From Mycobacterium leprae TN (GTDB lineage: Bacteria; Actinomycetota; Actinomycetes; Mycobacteriales; Mycobacteriaceae): a DNA stretch of 32,000 nucleotides. Shown piece by piece: positions 9,150-19,519 of this stretch (within the stretch, counting starts at the first letter, position 1; the number at the start of each line of letters is the position of its first letter). Position numbers and translations under genes: made by a program. The notes beneath the pieces were generated by a model. That model was given only the letters and a program-made list of their open reading frames with translations. It did no database searches and was not told where the DNA came from. Where the stretch lies: assembly GCF_000195855.1 (NCBI RefSeq), contig NC_002677.1:510001-542000 (forward strand), read 5' to 3'.

Positions 9150-11719
9150 AAACTCAGCACCTCGCTGTCCTCAGCCGGTCCGGTGGAAAGTCGTGGCGAC
9201 TGTGCGGTGCCGTTGCTTCCGGCGACTGCCTTCGGCGGATTAGTCTGGGTGGAGTGCGGTGGCCGACTCGATGTGGTCTACAGCTGTCCGCTGCCCACAC
9301 TGACATAATACCGGCGATCAGGAAAATACGTGTCGGCACTTGATGTCGCGTTACTGGCGAGTTCCACTGGACATGATGTGGAGGGAGTGAAAAAGAACTG
9401 TGAGGCCCGCAAGTATGAGCTGCAGACATGGCTGGCCGAGTACCTACGTGATCCTCGATGTTCGATCGGGGGCGAGTGCTTTGTCGAACGGTGGTCAGGC
9501 GTTAGTGGACAAGGTGCTGTCCAACAGCGTCAGTTTGCGGGACCAGGTGACAACGTACGTGCCACTCTTGTGACCGCCGAGCACGTGATAAACGCGTTGG
9601 TGTGCATCGACAGTGAGCAGGTAAGGGTGCAGGACTTAAGCCGGGCAGGTGGGGCTCGCGGGTAGATGACGGTGCAGGAGATCCTGATTCCCCGCGGCGC
9701 AGAGATTCTCGAGCCGGAATTGCGTACCTCGATGATCACCTGGTCCGGCACCGAACCGTCGACGCTGTTCCGGATGAACAAGGTGTTCGGCGTCGGTTCG
9801 TCCGAAGTCAAGGCGTTGCAACAGCAATTGGTGACTCGGGTGGCGATCCTGTCTAATCCGGCCAGCGTGCTTGTCGACAAGCTAGAGTTGCTGCGCTCGA
9901 TAGAGATCACCAGCGGGATTGCTGAGCAAATAGTTAAGGACGCCACCACCTCGGTGACTAAGTTGGTTGAGGGCCAGGTTGCCGCTCGGCGTGACGCCGC
10001 GATCCACGACACCGGTATATAGTGTCGGCCGCTATCGTGATCGCGTTGGGCATCGTGTTGCTGGTGGCCACGCTTGCGGATCCGACCGCTGTGCGTGACT
10101 GGGTGCTGCAAGTCGTTTACACTGGTCTGAAGAGCGGGATCACTCAGGTCCTATATGGCACCTAGCCGGTCCTGGAGCCGCTGACGGTGCACACCACCGA
10201 AGAAATCGTCTAGGTAGCGCACACCGTGCAAATACCGCACACGCAGGTTCTGAAGTTCGCAAGTCAATGAGGTACGGTTGCGCTTGTTAGTCAACGGTAT
10301 GTTTAGAGACTATGTCGCGGCGCAGCCGTTCACTGGTCGACCAGCAGCTGTCGCTCATTGATCAGTTGGAACGTAACGAACAGGATCCAGAGCGGCTTAA
10401 CAGCCTTTTTCCGGCTGGATTCACTTGGCCTTGTTCGGTTGCGTTGTAACAACGCCACCTCGTTGGTCCTAGCCGGTGCACAGCTTTCGTGTGACCTGCG
10501 CGAGCCGGTGTCTGCTTTCGGCGGTGGTCAATGCCGCCATCTTCGAGGTTAGGGATTATCGCTGTGTCAAAACCGAGGTAGTTCCCGACTGCACAGTGAT
10601 CGGCGCGGGCCGCCGGCAGAGTTATCCACCTGTTTGCCGAGTTGATCAACAACGCGCTGCGTTATTCGCCGCCAACGACATTGGTTTGGGTGCCAGCGGC
10701 CCGCGGTGACGACGGTGCTGTTCTGGTACGAGTAGCCACCCCGGCTTTGGAAATACAAAACGTTTATTTACACATCGCCAACATGTGGTTGCAAGCCGGC
10801 AGTGAGGTCAGCTCCGACAAGCACGGCATATGGGCTTTTTCGTGGTTGGGTGGCTGCCCGGCACGGTGTCCAGGTCGGGTTGCGCGGTCATCGCGGGTGA
10901 TGAGAAGAATCCGGGCACGACTGCGGAAGTGTACCAACCGCTGGCCGTGCTAGTCACTAAGGCGAGGCCGACTGCAGCGGGGGCACCAGGAACCCGGGTG
11001 CGTTGCTGGTTCTGAAGAACTTTTGGCTGCTGGACAGCACGCCGAAGAGCGCTCCGCAGTGTTCGACACTTCACACTACAGCGGACTTGCAGCTTACGCA
11101 CCGCCGGTGACGTTGTTGCTGCACCGCAATCCGGGTTTCAGCGGCATCACCGACCCCCTGCCCAGCCGTCAGCGGGGGGCGCACCGGCCTCGACGTGCAC
11201 TAGCCACTCCTTGGTGGGAAGCAGGGCACCGCAACAGGCCAAAGCCCGCGTTTGCCACAGGCTCCTACGCAAGCTCCAGGCCGGGAGCGGCATCAGAAGC
11301 CTCAGTATTCTTTGCGTCGTCATCACCGGCGCGGTCGCTGAGATCATTAGCCCCAGCCTATGGTGACGTGTTCTAACAGCGGATGCTGTCAGAGATGTCG
11401 AGTGATCCGCACTAGTTGGCCTAACACCCCGACCTGGTTTGGCAATCGGTATGGGACTGCGGCTGGTTGTTAGCCGCCGAGGCCAAGCCGGGTCGAGTAG
11501 CGCACCGACCACGGTCTAACGGTGCACCAACCCAGGGTGCGACTGCTGCCTGGTGCGGTTGCGGGATGTTCTGAGGGAAATCGTCCCGTCCAGCAGGGTC
11601 CCCGGGGTTGCGAACGGCCGCGACCCGGCGAATGGTATGAGTGTCTATCAGCAGCCACTTCGATAGTCCGTGCAGCGGACCGGTTGTATGCCCTCGAGAA
11701 CAGGCTCGAAACCGGTTAA
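9150..11719 (+). pseudogene. Relic of nitrate/GAF-type sensor histidine kinase (Rv3365c-like), first gene of a roadblock/GTPase operon
   Basis: Plus frames: 'MTVQEILIPRGAEILEPELRTSMITWSGTEPSTLFRMNKVFGV...', 'SVLVDKLELLRSIEITSGIAEQIVKDATTSVTKLVEGQ', 'LARLRCNNATSLVLAGAQL', 'LIDNALRYSPPTTLVWV' (kinase N-box), 'IANMWLQAGSEV', 'VWQSVWDCGWLLAAEA', 'SISSHFDS'. Multiple frameshifts. The 5' boundary is uncertain. Confidence 0.8.
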
Positions 11720-11732
11720 GTACCCGATCAGC

Positions 11733-12110
11733 AATGATGGCTCGTTTGAACAACTCGCTGGACTGGTTGGTGTCGAAGTTTATCCGCGAAGTTCCAGGGT
11801 GGCGCATGTTTTGCTGGTGTTCGTCGATTGGCTGCCGGTCGTTGTCAGTGAGCATCTACCGCGTGAACAAGCCGATCGGTTGGCTGCGGTCGCGTCCAGG
11901 CTGGCCAGCCTTCCGACCGGTGTGGCGCAGCTGTTTGAAAGGTGGGCAGGTGCTGCAATTCGTGGTCGAGATGCAAAATTACTACTATTATCTGTTATTG
12001 ATGCGTGTTAGTGCTGGCTCTCATCTGGCGATGCTTGCTGCGACGTCCGTACGATACCGATCAGATCGGCCATGAGTATGGTCGTCCTGGTCGAACGGAT
12101 TGGGTGGTGT
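11733..12110 (+). pseudogene. Relic of roadblock/LC7-domain protein (Rv3364c-like)
   Basis: 'LDWLVSKFIREVPG' + 'VAHVLLVFVDWLPVVVSEHLPREQADRLAAVASRLASLPTGVAQLFE' + 'GGQVLQFVVEMQNYY' + 'LLLMRVSAGSHLAMLAATS' across three frames. Confidence 0.88.
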
Positions 12111-12255
12111 CGTCCAGTCCTTCCGCTGCTCAGAGTTCGATCACTCACCTCGGACCGCAATGCGATCTGCATTATCATCGGACATGGCACACCCCTGAAC
12201 CGTGATGGACATCCAACCAGCCGAGTTCATAGGAAAAGGCCACTACGTGGCCTTA
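12110..12255 (+). pseudogene. Truncated relic of DUF742 protein (Rv3363c-like)
   Basis: Only the C-terminal tail 'EFIGKG.../VHRKRPLRGLKAL' just before the GTPase relic is recognisable. The gene space is far shorter than the expected ~120 codons. Confidence 0.5.
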
Positions 12256-12840
12256 AAGCACTTCGACAGCTTGGCCCTACGGGCCTCGACGAAGATCGTC
12301 ATCGTGGGCGGGTTCAGGGTTAGTAAGACCACGTTAATCGGTGCGGTTTCGGAAATCATGCCTCGCGCACCTAAGCGATGGTCACCGACGTCTCGGTTGG
12401 TGTAGACATGTTCAAGGTCACCCCGCACAAGCGGACCACGACGGTGGCGATGGACTTCGGCCGCATCACCCTGGATCGGGATCTGGTGCTCTATACTGTT
12501 CTGCGGCTCAGATTAGCGCCGGTTCTGGTTCATGTGGGACGGCCTTGTACGCGGGGCCGTCGGCGCGATGGTACTGGTATATTTTCTCCGCCTGTAGGAC
12601 CGCTTTGTGGCGGTTGACTTCTTCGAGCACCGCAACCCGCCTTTTTCGATAGCCGTAAACGAATTTGGCGGCACGCCAAGGTATCCTGCTAGCGAGGTGC
12701 GACAAGCGCTGACTCTTCCTGCACACATTCCAGTGATCCATGTCGATGCCAGGGATCGCCGGTCGGCGACTGAAGCGGTGATAGTAGTGAGCAAATACGC
12801 TATGCAGACCCTGGTGGCGACGTTGCCCGTGGGCAGCTGA
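12240..12840 (+). pseudogene. Relic of MglA/Rab-like small GTPase, ATP/GTP-binding protein (Rv3362c-like)
   Basis: 'STKIVIVGGFRVSKTTLIGAVSEIMPR' (degraded Walker A), 'VVTDVSVGVDMFKVTPHKRTTTVAMDFGRITLDRDLVLY', 'GAVGAMVLV'-like segment, 'AVDFFEHRNPPFSIAVNEFGGTPRYPASEVRQALTL'. Confidence 0.9.
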
Positions 12841-12859
12841 CCGCATTGTAGCAGTGAAC

Positions 12860-13240
12860 CTATTGTGAAATTGCTGGACGTGATTTCACCGATGATGATC
12901 TGAGTCGGCTGCGCACCGAACGGGGTGTGTTCACCGAGTGAAATTTCAGCTACGCCACCCTGGCCGAGGCGCAACATCGCTCATCAGCCTTTCGTACTTG
13001 CACTTTCAGCGGCCAATATGCTGGCACAGCCTATTTCAGCATTGCAGACTGCTGGGCTCGGTGTTTGTGCAATTTCGGATGCGACCGTTGACATTCGACT
13101 AGGTGGACTTCCACGTTAGTGATGCTGTGTGGCGCCGACCTCAGCGGTGCGCGGACTACCAGGTACCCGGCTGGTGCTGGAGGGCCAGGCTGCGGTGAAG
13201 CGCGCACTACGCGCTCGCATGTTCGACAGTGTTGACTAAA
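12860..13240 (+). pseudogene. mfpA: Relic of pentapeptide-repeat protein MfpA (Rv3361c-like)
   Basis: Plus frames: 'YCEIAGRDFTDDDLSRLRTERGVFTE*NFSYATLAEAQHRSSAFRTCTFSG' and 'LCGADLSGARTTRY'. Pentapeptide character and position directly after the GTPase relic match the M. tuberculosis order. Confidence 0.75.
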
Positions 13241-13802
13241 TCGTTTGTTGCTGTGTTGCGGGGTTTTTGTTGGTGGGTGGCTGACTGCCTGCTTTCGATG
13301 AGGCTTCGTGTGCTTTGCCGCAGTGGACACGATTAGCGCGGCGCACGTAAGCATGTCGGTGGTGGGTGCTGCTTGGTCTACATGTTGATGATGCCAGGGG
13401 CTGGGCACCTGGGCTGTGCTGAAGGCGATATCGATGCAGGCGTGGGTGTGAGGGTAGTTGTTAGCGCCGCGGGGTAGGGGCGTTTTAGTGTGCATGTCAT
13501 GGCCTTGAGGTGTCGGCGTGGTCAATGTGGCCGCACCTGAACAGGCACGTCCCCGTGCACGGTATAACTATTCGCACCTGATGTTATCCCTTGCACCATT
13601 TCTGCCGCTGGTATCGGTGTCGGCGGCTTGTTGACCGGCCCTCAGCCAGCAAGCAGGCATGCCGCCGGGTGCAGCAGTATCGTGTTAGTGAACAGTGCAT
13701 CGATGATCCGGCCGTCGGCGGCACATACGGCAACCTTCTAGCGCAGATCAACCACCCACACCCCACCAGCCCACCACAACACCACCCAAACCAAACCCAA
13801 CA

Positions 13803-14288
13803 TCAACAACACTCTAAGAGCGACAAGTCGCGCCGAAGTTTGGCGACATGGCCTGTGGCTTTGACGTTGTACTGCGCGAGCACAATTTTGCCTTTTTCAT
13901 CGACCACAAATGTGGAACGGATAACACCCAGGACGGTCTTGCCGTATATCTGCTTCTTGCCATAGGCGCCCCAAGCTGACAGCACCTTACAGTCGTGGTC
14001 GGACAGTAGCGGAAACGTCAACGCCTCTGCGTCACGGAATTCGGCCAGCTTGGTTAGTGGGTCAGGAGAGATCCCGACGACATCGAGCCCGGCATCGTTG
14101 AGGTCATGCAAATTGTCTCGAAAATCACATGCTTGTTTAGTGCATCCTGGTGTCAAGGCTGCCGGGTAGAAATATACGGTGACACGCTGTCCCCGATAGT
14201 CTCCCAGCGAAACTATCCTGCCATCGGCATCAGGCAAGCTGAAGGCGGGCGCTTGGTCGCCGGGCGCCAGCCGTGTGGTCTCGGTCAA
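13803..14288 (-). CDS. bcp: Peroxiredoxin / thiol peroxidase Bcp (AhpC/TSA family)
   Basis: 161 aa: 'LAPGDQAPAFSLPDADGRIVSLGDYRGQRVTVYFYPAALTPGCTKQACDFRDN', 'VIRSTFVVDEKGKIVLAQYNVKATGHVAKLRRDL'. Confidence 0.95.
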   Translation of the reverse strand: MTETTRLAPGDQAPAFSLPDADGRIVSLGDYRGQRVTVYFYPAALTPGCTKQACDFRDNLHDLNDAGLDVVGISPDPLTKLAEFRDAEALTFPLLSDHDCKVLSAWGAYGKKQIYGKTVLGVIRSTFVVDEKGKIVLAQYNVKATGHVAKLRRDLSLLECC

Positions 14289-14415
14289 CGGTCCTCCCTT
14301 TCGGTTAACGCCGATCGTCGGAATCAGCCAGCTGATTTAGGGTAGTGCGAGCAGGTGCACCAGCTGGGTGGTGGGTGGCTTGCAGGCTAACAGGGCAGAC
14401 TTGGAGGACAGAGAC

Positions 14416-14643
14416 GTGGCGGACCGGCATCCAGACACCATAAAGCTGGAGATTGACGTTGCCCGTGAACAGTTCGCGGCGACCGTCGACTCACTTGCTG
14501 AGCGTGCCAATCCCCGCCGTCTCGCCGGTGATCTCAAGGCCCGGGTGGTAGAGTTTGGGAGAAGGCCGGCGGTGATCGCCGCGCTGGTAAGTTGTGCAGT
14601 TTTGACCGTGATAGTTGTGGTACGCAAGGTCAAGAATCGCTGA
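14416..14643 (+). CDS. DUF3618 family small membrane protein (Rv2520c-like)
   Basis: GTG start at 14416 preceded by GGAGG at 14403-14407. 'HPDTIKLEIDVAREQFAATVDSLAERANPRRLAGDLKARVVEF...VIAALVSCAVLTVIVVVRKVKNR'. Confidence 0.8.
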   Translation: MADRHPDTIKLEIDVAREQFAATVDSLAERANPRRLAGDLKARVVEFGRRPAVIAALVSCAVLTVIVVVRKVKNR

Positions 14644-14677
14644 AGCGCCAGACAGGTGGCAACCGCGAAATATAGGG

Positions 14678-14750
<73 letters not shown>

Positions 14751-14919
14751 CTAGATCGTCCTAGACAAGGAACATTAACAGGCTTTGCGCTTCGGGTGAA
14801 ATTTCGGCACGGAACTCGATGCGAGCTTTCCAGCGCAGCCGTTTATCTGGTCCTAAACTACTGGCCAAGTCTAGAGGTTCAGCTTTGTTGTGAATTGAGT
14901 GTGGGGAGGTGAAAGAAGG

Positions 14920-16143
14920 ATGCCGCATGTGGGCACTGCGACCCGCCGGGTTCAGCCCAAAGCGTGGCGGGCGCTGTTAACGCTACTGGTGATTTCGGTT
15001 GTTATGCCCGGCGTTGCCTGCAACAGGGGCGGCGGTAACGTACCGGTGAACGTTATCGGTGATAAAGGTACACCATTTGCCGACCTGCTGGTCCCGAAGC
15101 TTACTGCTTCGGTGACTGACGGTGCAGTCGGTGTCAATGTGGATATGCCGGTTACGGTGACCGTTGCTGACGGTGTGCTAGCGGCGGTCACCATGATAAA
15201 CGACAACGGCAGGATGATTAATGGTCAATTTAGCCCCGACGGGCTGCGCTGGTCGACCACCGAGCCGTTAGGCTTCAACAGGTGCTACACGCTGAGCGCG
15301 AAGGCGCTCGGGCTAGGTGGGGTGGTGAACCGCCAGATGACTTTCCAGACTAGTTCTCCCGCGCACCTGACGATGCCTTACGTCAATCCGGGCAACGGCG
15401 AGATTGTAGGCATTGGGGAGCCGGTGGCGATCCGGTTCGACGAGAACATAGCAAACCGACTCGCGGCCCAGAAGGCCATCACCATCACCGCCAACCCGCC
15501 CGTTGAGGGTGCGTTCTACTGGTTGAATAACCGCGAAGTACGTTGGCGTCCTGAGCATTTTTGGAAGTCTGGGACGGCTGTTGATGTGGCGGTCAATACT
15601 TACGGTGTTGACTTGGGCGAAGGAATGTTCGGCGAGGACAACGTGAAGACACATTTCACCATCGGTGATGAGGTCTTCGCGACCGCTGACGATGCCACTA
15701 AGATGTTGACCGTGCGCGTCAACGGTGAAGTAGTCAAGATCATGCCAACATCGATGGGCAAGGATAGTACTCCGACAGCTAACGGTATCTACATTGTCGG
15801 CGCGCGGTTCAAGCACATCATCATGGACTCGTCGACCTACGGAGTTCCCGTCAACTCGCCGAACGGGTATCGCGCCGATGTTGACTGGGCTACGCAGCTG
15901 TCCTACAGTGGCGTTTTCTTGCACTCCGCGCCGTGGTCGGTGGGTGCTCAGGGGCATACTAACACCAGCCACGGGTGTTTAAACGTGAGCCCGAGCAATG
16001 CGCAATGGTTCTATGATCATGTCAAGCGCGGTGACATCGTCGAGGTTGTCAACACGGTGGGAGACACCCTGCCCGGGGCTGAGGGTCTCGGGGACTGGAA
16101 TATTCCCTGGGAGCAGTGGAAGGCGGGGAACGCCAACATTTGA
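14920..16143 (+). CDS. ldtB: L,D-transpeptidase lipoprotein (Rv2518c / LdtB-LppS-like)
   Basis: 407 aa from ATG 14920 (GGAGGT at 14905-14910). Signal peptide plus lipobox-like 'VMPGVAC', Ig-like domains, YkuD catalytic motif '[40 protein letters not shown]'. Confidence 0.95.
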   Translation: MPHVGTATRRVQPKAWRALLTLLVISVVMPGVACNRGGGNVPVNVIGDKGTPFADLLVPKLTASVTDGAVGVNVDMPVTVTVADGVLAAVTMINDNGRMINGQFSPDGLRWSTTEPLGFNRCYTLSAKALGLGGVVNRQMTFQTSSPAHLTMPYVNPGNGEIVGIGEPVAIRFDENIANRLAAQKAITITANPPVEGAFYWLNNREVRWRPEHFWKSGTAVDVAVNTYGVDLGEGMFGEDNVKTHFTIGDEVFATADDATKMLTVRVNGEVVKIMPTSMGKDSTPTANGIYIVGARFKHIIMDSSTYGVPVNSPNGYRADVDWATQLSYSGVFLHSAPWSVGAQGHTNTSHGCLNVSPSNAQWFYDHVKRGDIVEVVNTVGDTLPGAEGLGDWNIPWEQWKAGNANI

Positions 16144-16167
16144 CGCTGCGCGTCGTGATCTGACTTG

Positions 16168-16244
16168 TGGGGTGAGTGACGGGACTCGAACCCGCGACAC
16201 CCAGGATCACAACCTGGTGCTCTACCAACTGAACTACACTCACC
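16168..16244 (-). tRNA. tRNA-His (anticodon GUG), CCA encoded
   Basis: Reverse complement GGTGAGTGTAGTTCAGTTGGTAGAGCACCAGGTTGTGATCCTGGGTGTCGCGGGTTCGAGTCCCGTCACTCACCCCA, with G-1:C73 signature of tRNA-His. Confidence 0.95.
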
Positions 16245-16293
16245 ATGGCCGCCGGTCGACCCTGGCAGGGGTCAACGAGTGGCGCTGTCGATA

Positions 16294-16941
16294 TTAACCG
16301 TTCGGACGCTCATAGGCTGAATCGATATCTCCTGGCGTGGCGGGCGTGCCGGAAAGATCAGCCACTACTTCCGCGATTTCTCTGGTAGAAGGTCCGGGTG
16401 GGGGAACAAACGCAGTGCGGCGGTAGAATCTCAGCTCCCGGATGGATTCGTGAATGTCGGCTAGTGCCCGATGAGTGAGCCCCTTGGCCGGCTGGCCGAA
16501 GTAAATGCGCGGGTACCAGCGTCGGCAGAGTTCTTTAATCGAGCTGACGTCTATCATCCGATAGTGCAGGAACGAGTCCAGAGTGGGCATGTCACGGGCG
16601 ATGAATGAACGATCAGTGGCGATCGAATTGCCTGCCAGTGGAGCCGTCTTCGGTTGCTTGACGTGGTTGTTGATGTAATCGAGTACTATCGACTCGGCGG
16701 TCACAAGGTCGACGATGGATGACTCCACCTCGTTAATTAGTCCTGACCGTGAGTGCATCTCGGCGACCACGTCAATCATTGACGAGAGCGCGGTGCTGTC
16801 GATGTGGATTACGACATCGACTCCATCACCGAGGATGTTCAGATCGGCATCGGTTACTAGGGCTGCGATCTCGATCAACTGATCCGAACCCAGGTCCAGT
16901 CCAGTCATCTCGCAGTCAATCCACACTAATTCGTCGTGCAC
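16294..16941 (-). CDS. orn: Oligoribonuclease (3'-5' exoribonuclease, DEDDh)
   Basis: 215 aa: '[35 protein letters not shown]', '[40 protein letters not shown]'. Confidence 0.97.
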   Translation of the reverse strand: MHDELVWIDCEMTGLDLGSDQLIEIAALVTDADLNILGDGVDVVIHIDSTALSSMIDVVAEMHSRSGLINEVESSIVDLVTAESIVLDYINNHVKQPKTAPLAGNSIATDRSFIARDMPTLDSFLHYRMIDVSSIKELCRRWYPRIYFGQPAKGLTHRALADIHESIRELRFYRRTAFVPPPGPSTREIAEVVADLSGTPATPGDIDSAYERPNG

Positions 16942-17047
16942 AGCGCTCTACAGTAGGCGCATGTGAGACCTGCCTAGGTCTTCCCCTGTTAAGTAGTGTG
17001 ATGGTTTGTCGTACTGCAATGGGGAATTACTGGGGGCAGGGGGTTTG

Positions 17048-18600
17048 ATGAGCACCGAACCAGTGGCTGGCGAGCTGTCCGAAGCGGATCGCGAACGGTT
17101 ATGCTGTCGCGGGCCAGGACCTAGACTTGGGACTGTCGTTGTCAACGGGGAGGCCAAGTTTTACCGCACAGGTCCGCATTACGCTGGCCACGATCAGTGG
17201 GCACGGTCTAGTGGCCGGTGTGACCGGAACGGGCAAGATCAAGACGTTGCAACTGATCGCCGAGCAGCTCAGCGCCTTGGGTGTGGCCGTGCTGATGGCC
17301 TATGTCAAGGGTGACTTGTCCGGTCTGGCTCGAGCGGGGGGAGGCCAACGATAAGACCGCTCTGCAGGCCAAGGACACCGGAGATAACTGAGCACCGAAC
17401 GGATTTCCCGGTGGAGTTTTTGTCGCTGGGCGGCGAAGGAATTGGCGTGACGGTGCACGCGACCATGGTTAATTTCTGCCCGATTTTGCTGCCAATAGCT
17501 TTGTGATTCAATGCTACTCAAGAATCAACGCTAGGTCCAATTTTCCATTAGGCCAAGTATAAGGACTGTAGACTGGTCATCTTTGATGATCTGTGTAGGT
17601 CCATCAGCCACCTGACTAGTGACCAGGGTCAGATTATCTTAAATCCCTGGCAGGGATGTTTTCGACCACGGTGGGCGTCATCCTGCGGGCGTTGGTGAAT
17701 CTTAAAGCCAAGGGCGGCGAGACGATCTTCGACGAGCCGAAGCTGGACCCCCAGGATTTGCTGTGCGTCGATGACAGGGTCGCGGCATCTTGAGTTCGGC
17801 GGTCAATCGTTGCGTCCGGTCATCTTCTCCACCTTTCTGATGTGTATGCTACCCGACCTGTTTATCGTCCTGCCTGACGTCGGCGACGTGGACAAGCCCA
17901 GGCGGCTGTTCTTTTTAGACGAAGCGAACCTGCTTTTCACCAACGTCTAGCAAGCATTCCTAGAACAGGTCGAACTGACTGGCAAGCTGATTCGCTCCAA
18001 AGGTTTCAGTGTATTTCTTCTACATTCAGTTGTCCACGGATCTGTCCAATGATCTGCTGTCCCAGCTGGATTTTCGCGTCTAGCACGCCTTGCTAGCGTT
18101 CACCCCGGATGACTAGAAGGTGTTGTCCAAGACCGTGTGCACTTATCTGAAAACCGATGTCTCCAAATTGGAGTCGGCGTTAACGTCGTTGGGATATAGG
18201 TGGGGACACGTTGTAACGATGCTTTCCGAGAAGAGTCCACCGAAACCCGCCTCGTGTACACGCATGTGGGTGCCGAGGTAGCTTCTGGGCGGCATCAGCA
18301 CCGACGAGATTGCCACCGCGGTCAAATCCAACTCTCTGCGGGCCAAATACGGTCAGACGATCCAGCAGCGACCGGACTCTCCAATACCCCAATCGCAAGA
18401 ACCTCCGCAACAGACGCCGCTGCCCGAGAAATGCGACCTCCTAGCTTGGCCGGACAAGACCGACGTATTACCCATGCCCGCGCCGACTAAGCCGCAAGGT
18501 CTGATCATTTGGGAACAAACTCTGAAGTACCCGACCGGGAAGAGTGCCTTCGTGACCGACCATACGCGAATTCATCCGCACCCTGTTCGACACTACCGGT
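17048..18600 (+). pseudogene. Relic of DUF853 / HerA-like ATPase (Rv2510c-like)
   Basis: '[18 protein letters not shown]', '[10 protein letters not shown]', '[43 protein letters not shown]', 'FPVEFLSLGGEGIGVTVHATMV', 'TSLQTPIPQ...', 'FIRTLFDTTGS'. Numerous stops between. Confidence 0.85.
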
Positions 18601-18620
18601 AGTGCCGTCGCAAGTAACGT

Positions 18621-19427
18621 CTACCCGCCGCCGAGCTTCTTGTAGAAGTTGCCCACAATCGACGCTACGATGGCGCGTGGGGCGTACCTACTGGCCACTG
18701 ACATGGCTTTCGATGTCAACCCAGGGACAACGCGCATCTTGTTGCGCTCCAAGGCATCCAGCGAAAGCCGCGCGGTGTGCTCTGTCGAGATCCAAAGGAA
18801 ATCGGGTACCAATTTTTCCACGAGCGATGCTTCGTCGTGATCGGGAAGTTCAGTGCGTACCGGGCCTGGCGCCAGCAGCGTGACGTGCACGCCGGAGCCG
18901 TGCAGTTCCCCACGTAGCGATTCGCTGAAGGTGTTAGCGAACGCCTTGGTAGCAGCATAAGTGGCGTTGTAGGGGATCGGTGAATTGCCGGCAGCCGAGC
19001 CGGAAATCAATATCCCACCGGCCTTGCGCTCGATCATGCCCGGCAGTACCGCTAACGTAAGGTCGTGCACTGCTACGGCATTCAGCTGGACCTGAGCTTT
19101 TTCACCTGCCGGGTCGAGTGCAGAGACCGGACCGAAAGTTGCTGTACCTGCGTTGGCGCACAGGATCGAAATGGGCCGCACGGTCAATTCATCGGCCAGT
19201 TTCACTCGTTCAGACGGGTCGGTGAGATCTGCCGGTCGCACTTCGACTGCGACACGATATTTGTCGGCCAAACGGGCTGCCAGGTCGACGAGTACGTCTT
19301 CGCGCCGCGCGATCACGATTAGGCTGTGTCCATGCGCGGCCAGTTCGGTGGCTAGCGCTTCGCCGATGTTCTGTGAAGCTCCGGTCACAACGGCACGCGC
19401 TTCGGGGCTGGGTGCTGGTATCGGCAT
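18621..19427 (-). CDS. Short-chain dehydrogenase/reductase (Rv2509-like)
   Basis: 268 aa from MPIPAPSPEARAVVTGASQNIGEALATELAAHG (Rossmann TGxxxxxG). 'ILCANAGTATFGP', 'SAAGNSPIPYNATYAATKAFANTFSESLRGEL' (YxxxK). Confidence 0.95.
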   Translation of the reverse strand: MPIPAPSPEARAVVTGASQNIGEALATELAAHGHSLIVIARREDVLVDLAARLADKYRVAVEVRPADLTDPSERVKLADELTVRPISILCANAGTATFGPVSALDPAGEKAQVQLNAVAVHDLTLAVLPGMIERKAGGILISGSAAGNSPIPYNATYAATKAFANTFSESLRGELHGSGVHVTLLAPGPVRTELPDHDEASLVEKLVPDFLWISTEHTARLSLDALERNKMRVVPGLTSKAMSVASRYAPRAIVASIVGNFYKKLGGG

Positions 19428-19519
19428 GCGCCAATGGTAGACATACAGCGATCGCAAGCGCGGCGGAGTCGGGCGCAACGGGGGTCGCCGTGGGGTGCAC
19501 TCCCCGTAAAGTTCCGGGC

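Noticed and set aside
9530-10111. 193-aa minus-strand ORF
   Set aside because: Antisense to the readable Rv3365c-like kinase relic (plus strand 'MTVQEILIPRGAEILEPEL...'). Composition is typical of a shadow ORF in GC-rich DNA.
11147-11855. Two long minus-strand ORFs (121 and 144 aa)
   Set aside because: Antisense to the 3' end of the kinase relic and the roadblock relic. No domain recognised.
12513-12977. 154-aa minus-strand ORF
   Set aside because: Antisense to the GTPase and MfpA relics. No recognisable domain.
13031-13525. 164-aa minus-strand ORF rich in H/P/T, a possible novel gene
   Set aside because: Partly antisense to the MfpA relic, low complexity, no plausible domain or clear RBS. 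Treated as spurious.
15313-15972. 219-aa minus-strand ORF
   Set aside because: Exact shadow of the intact L,D-transpeptidase gene.
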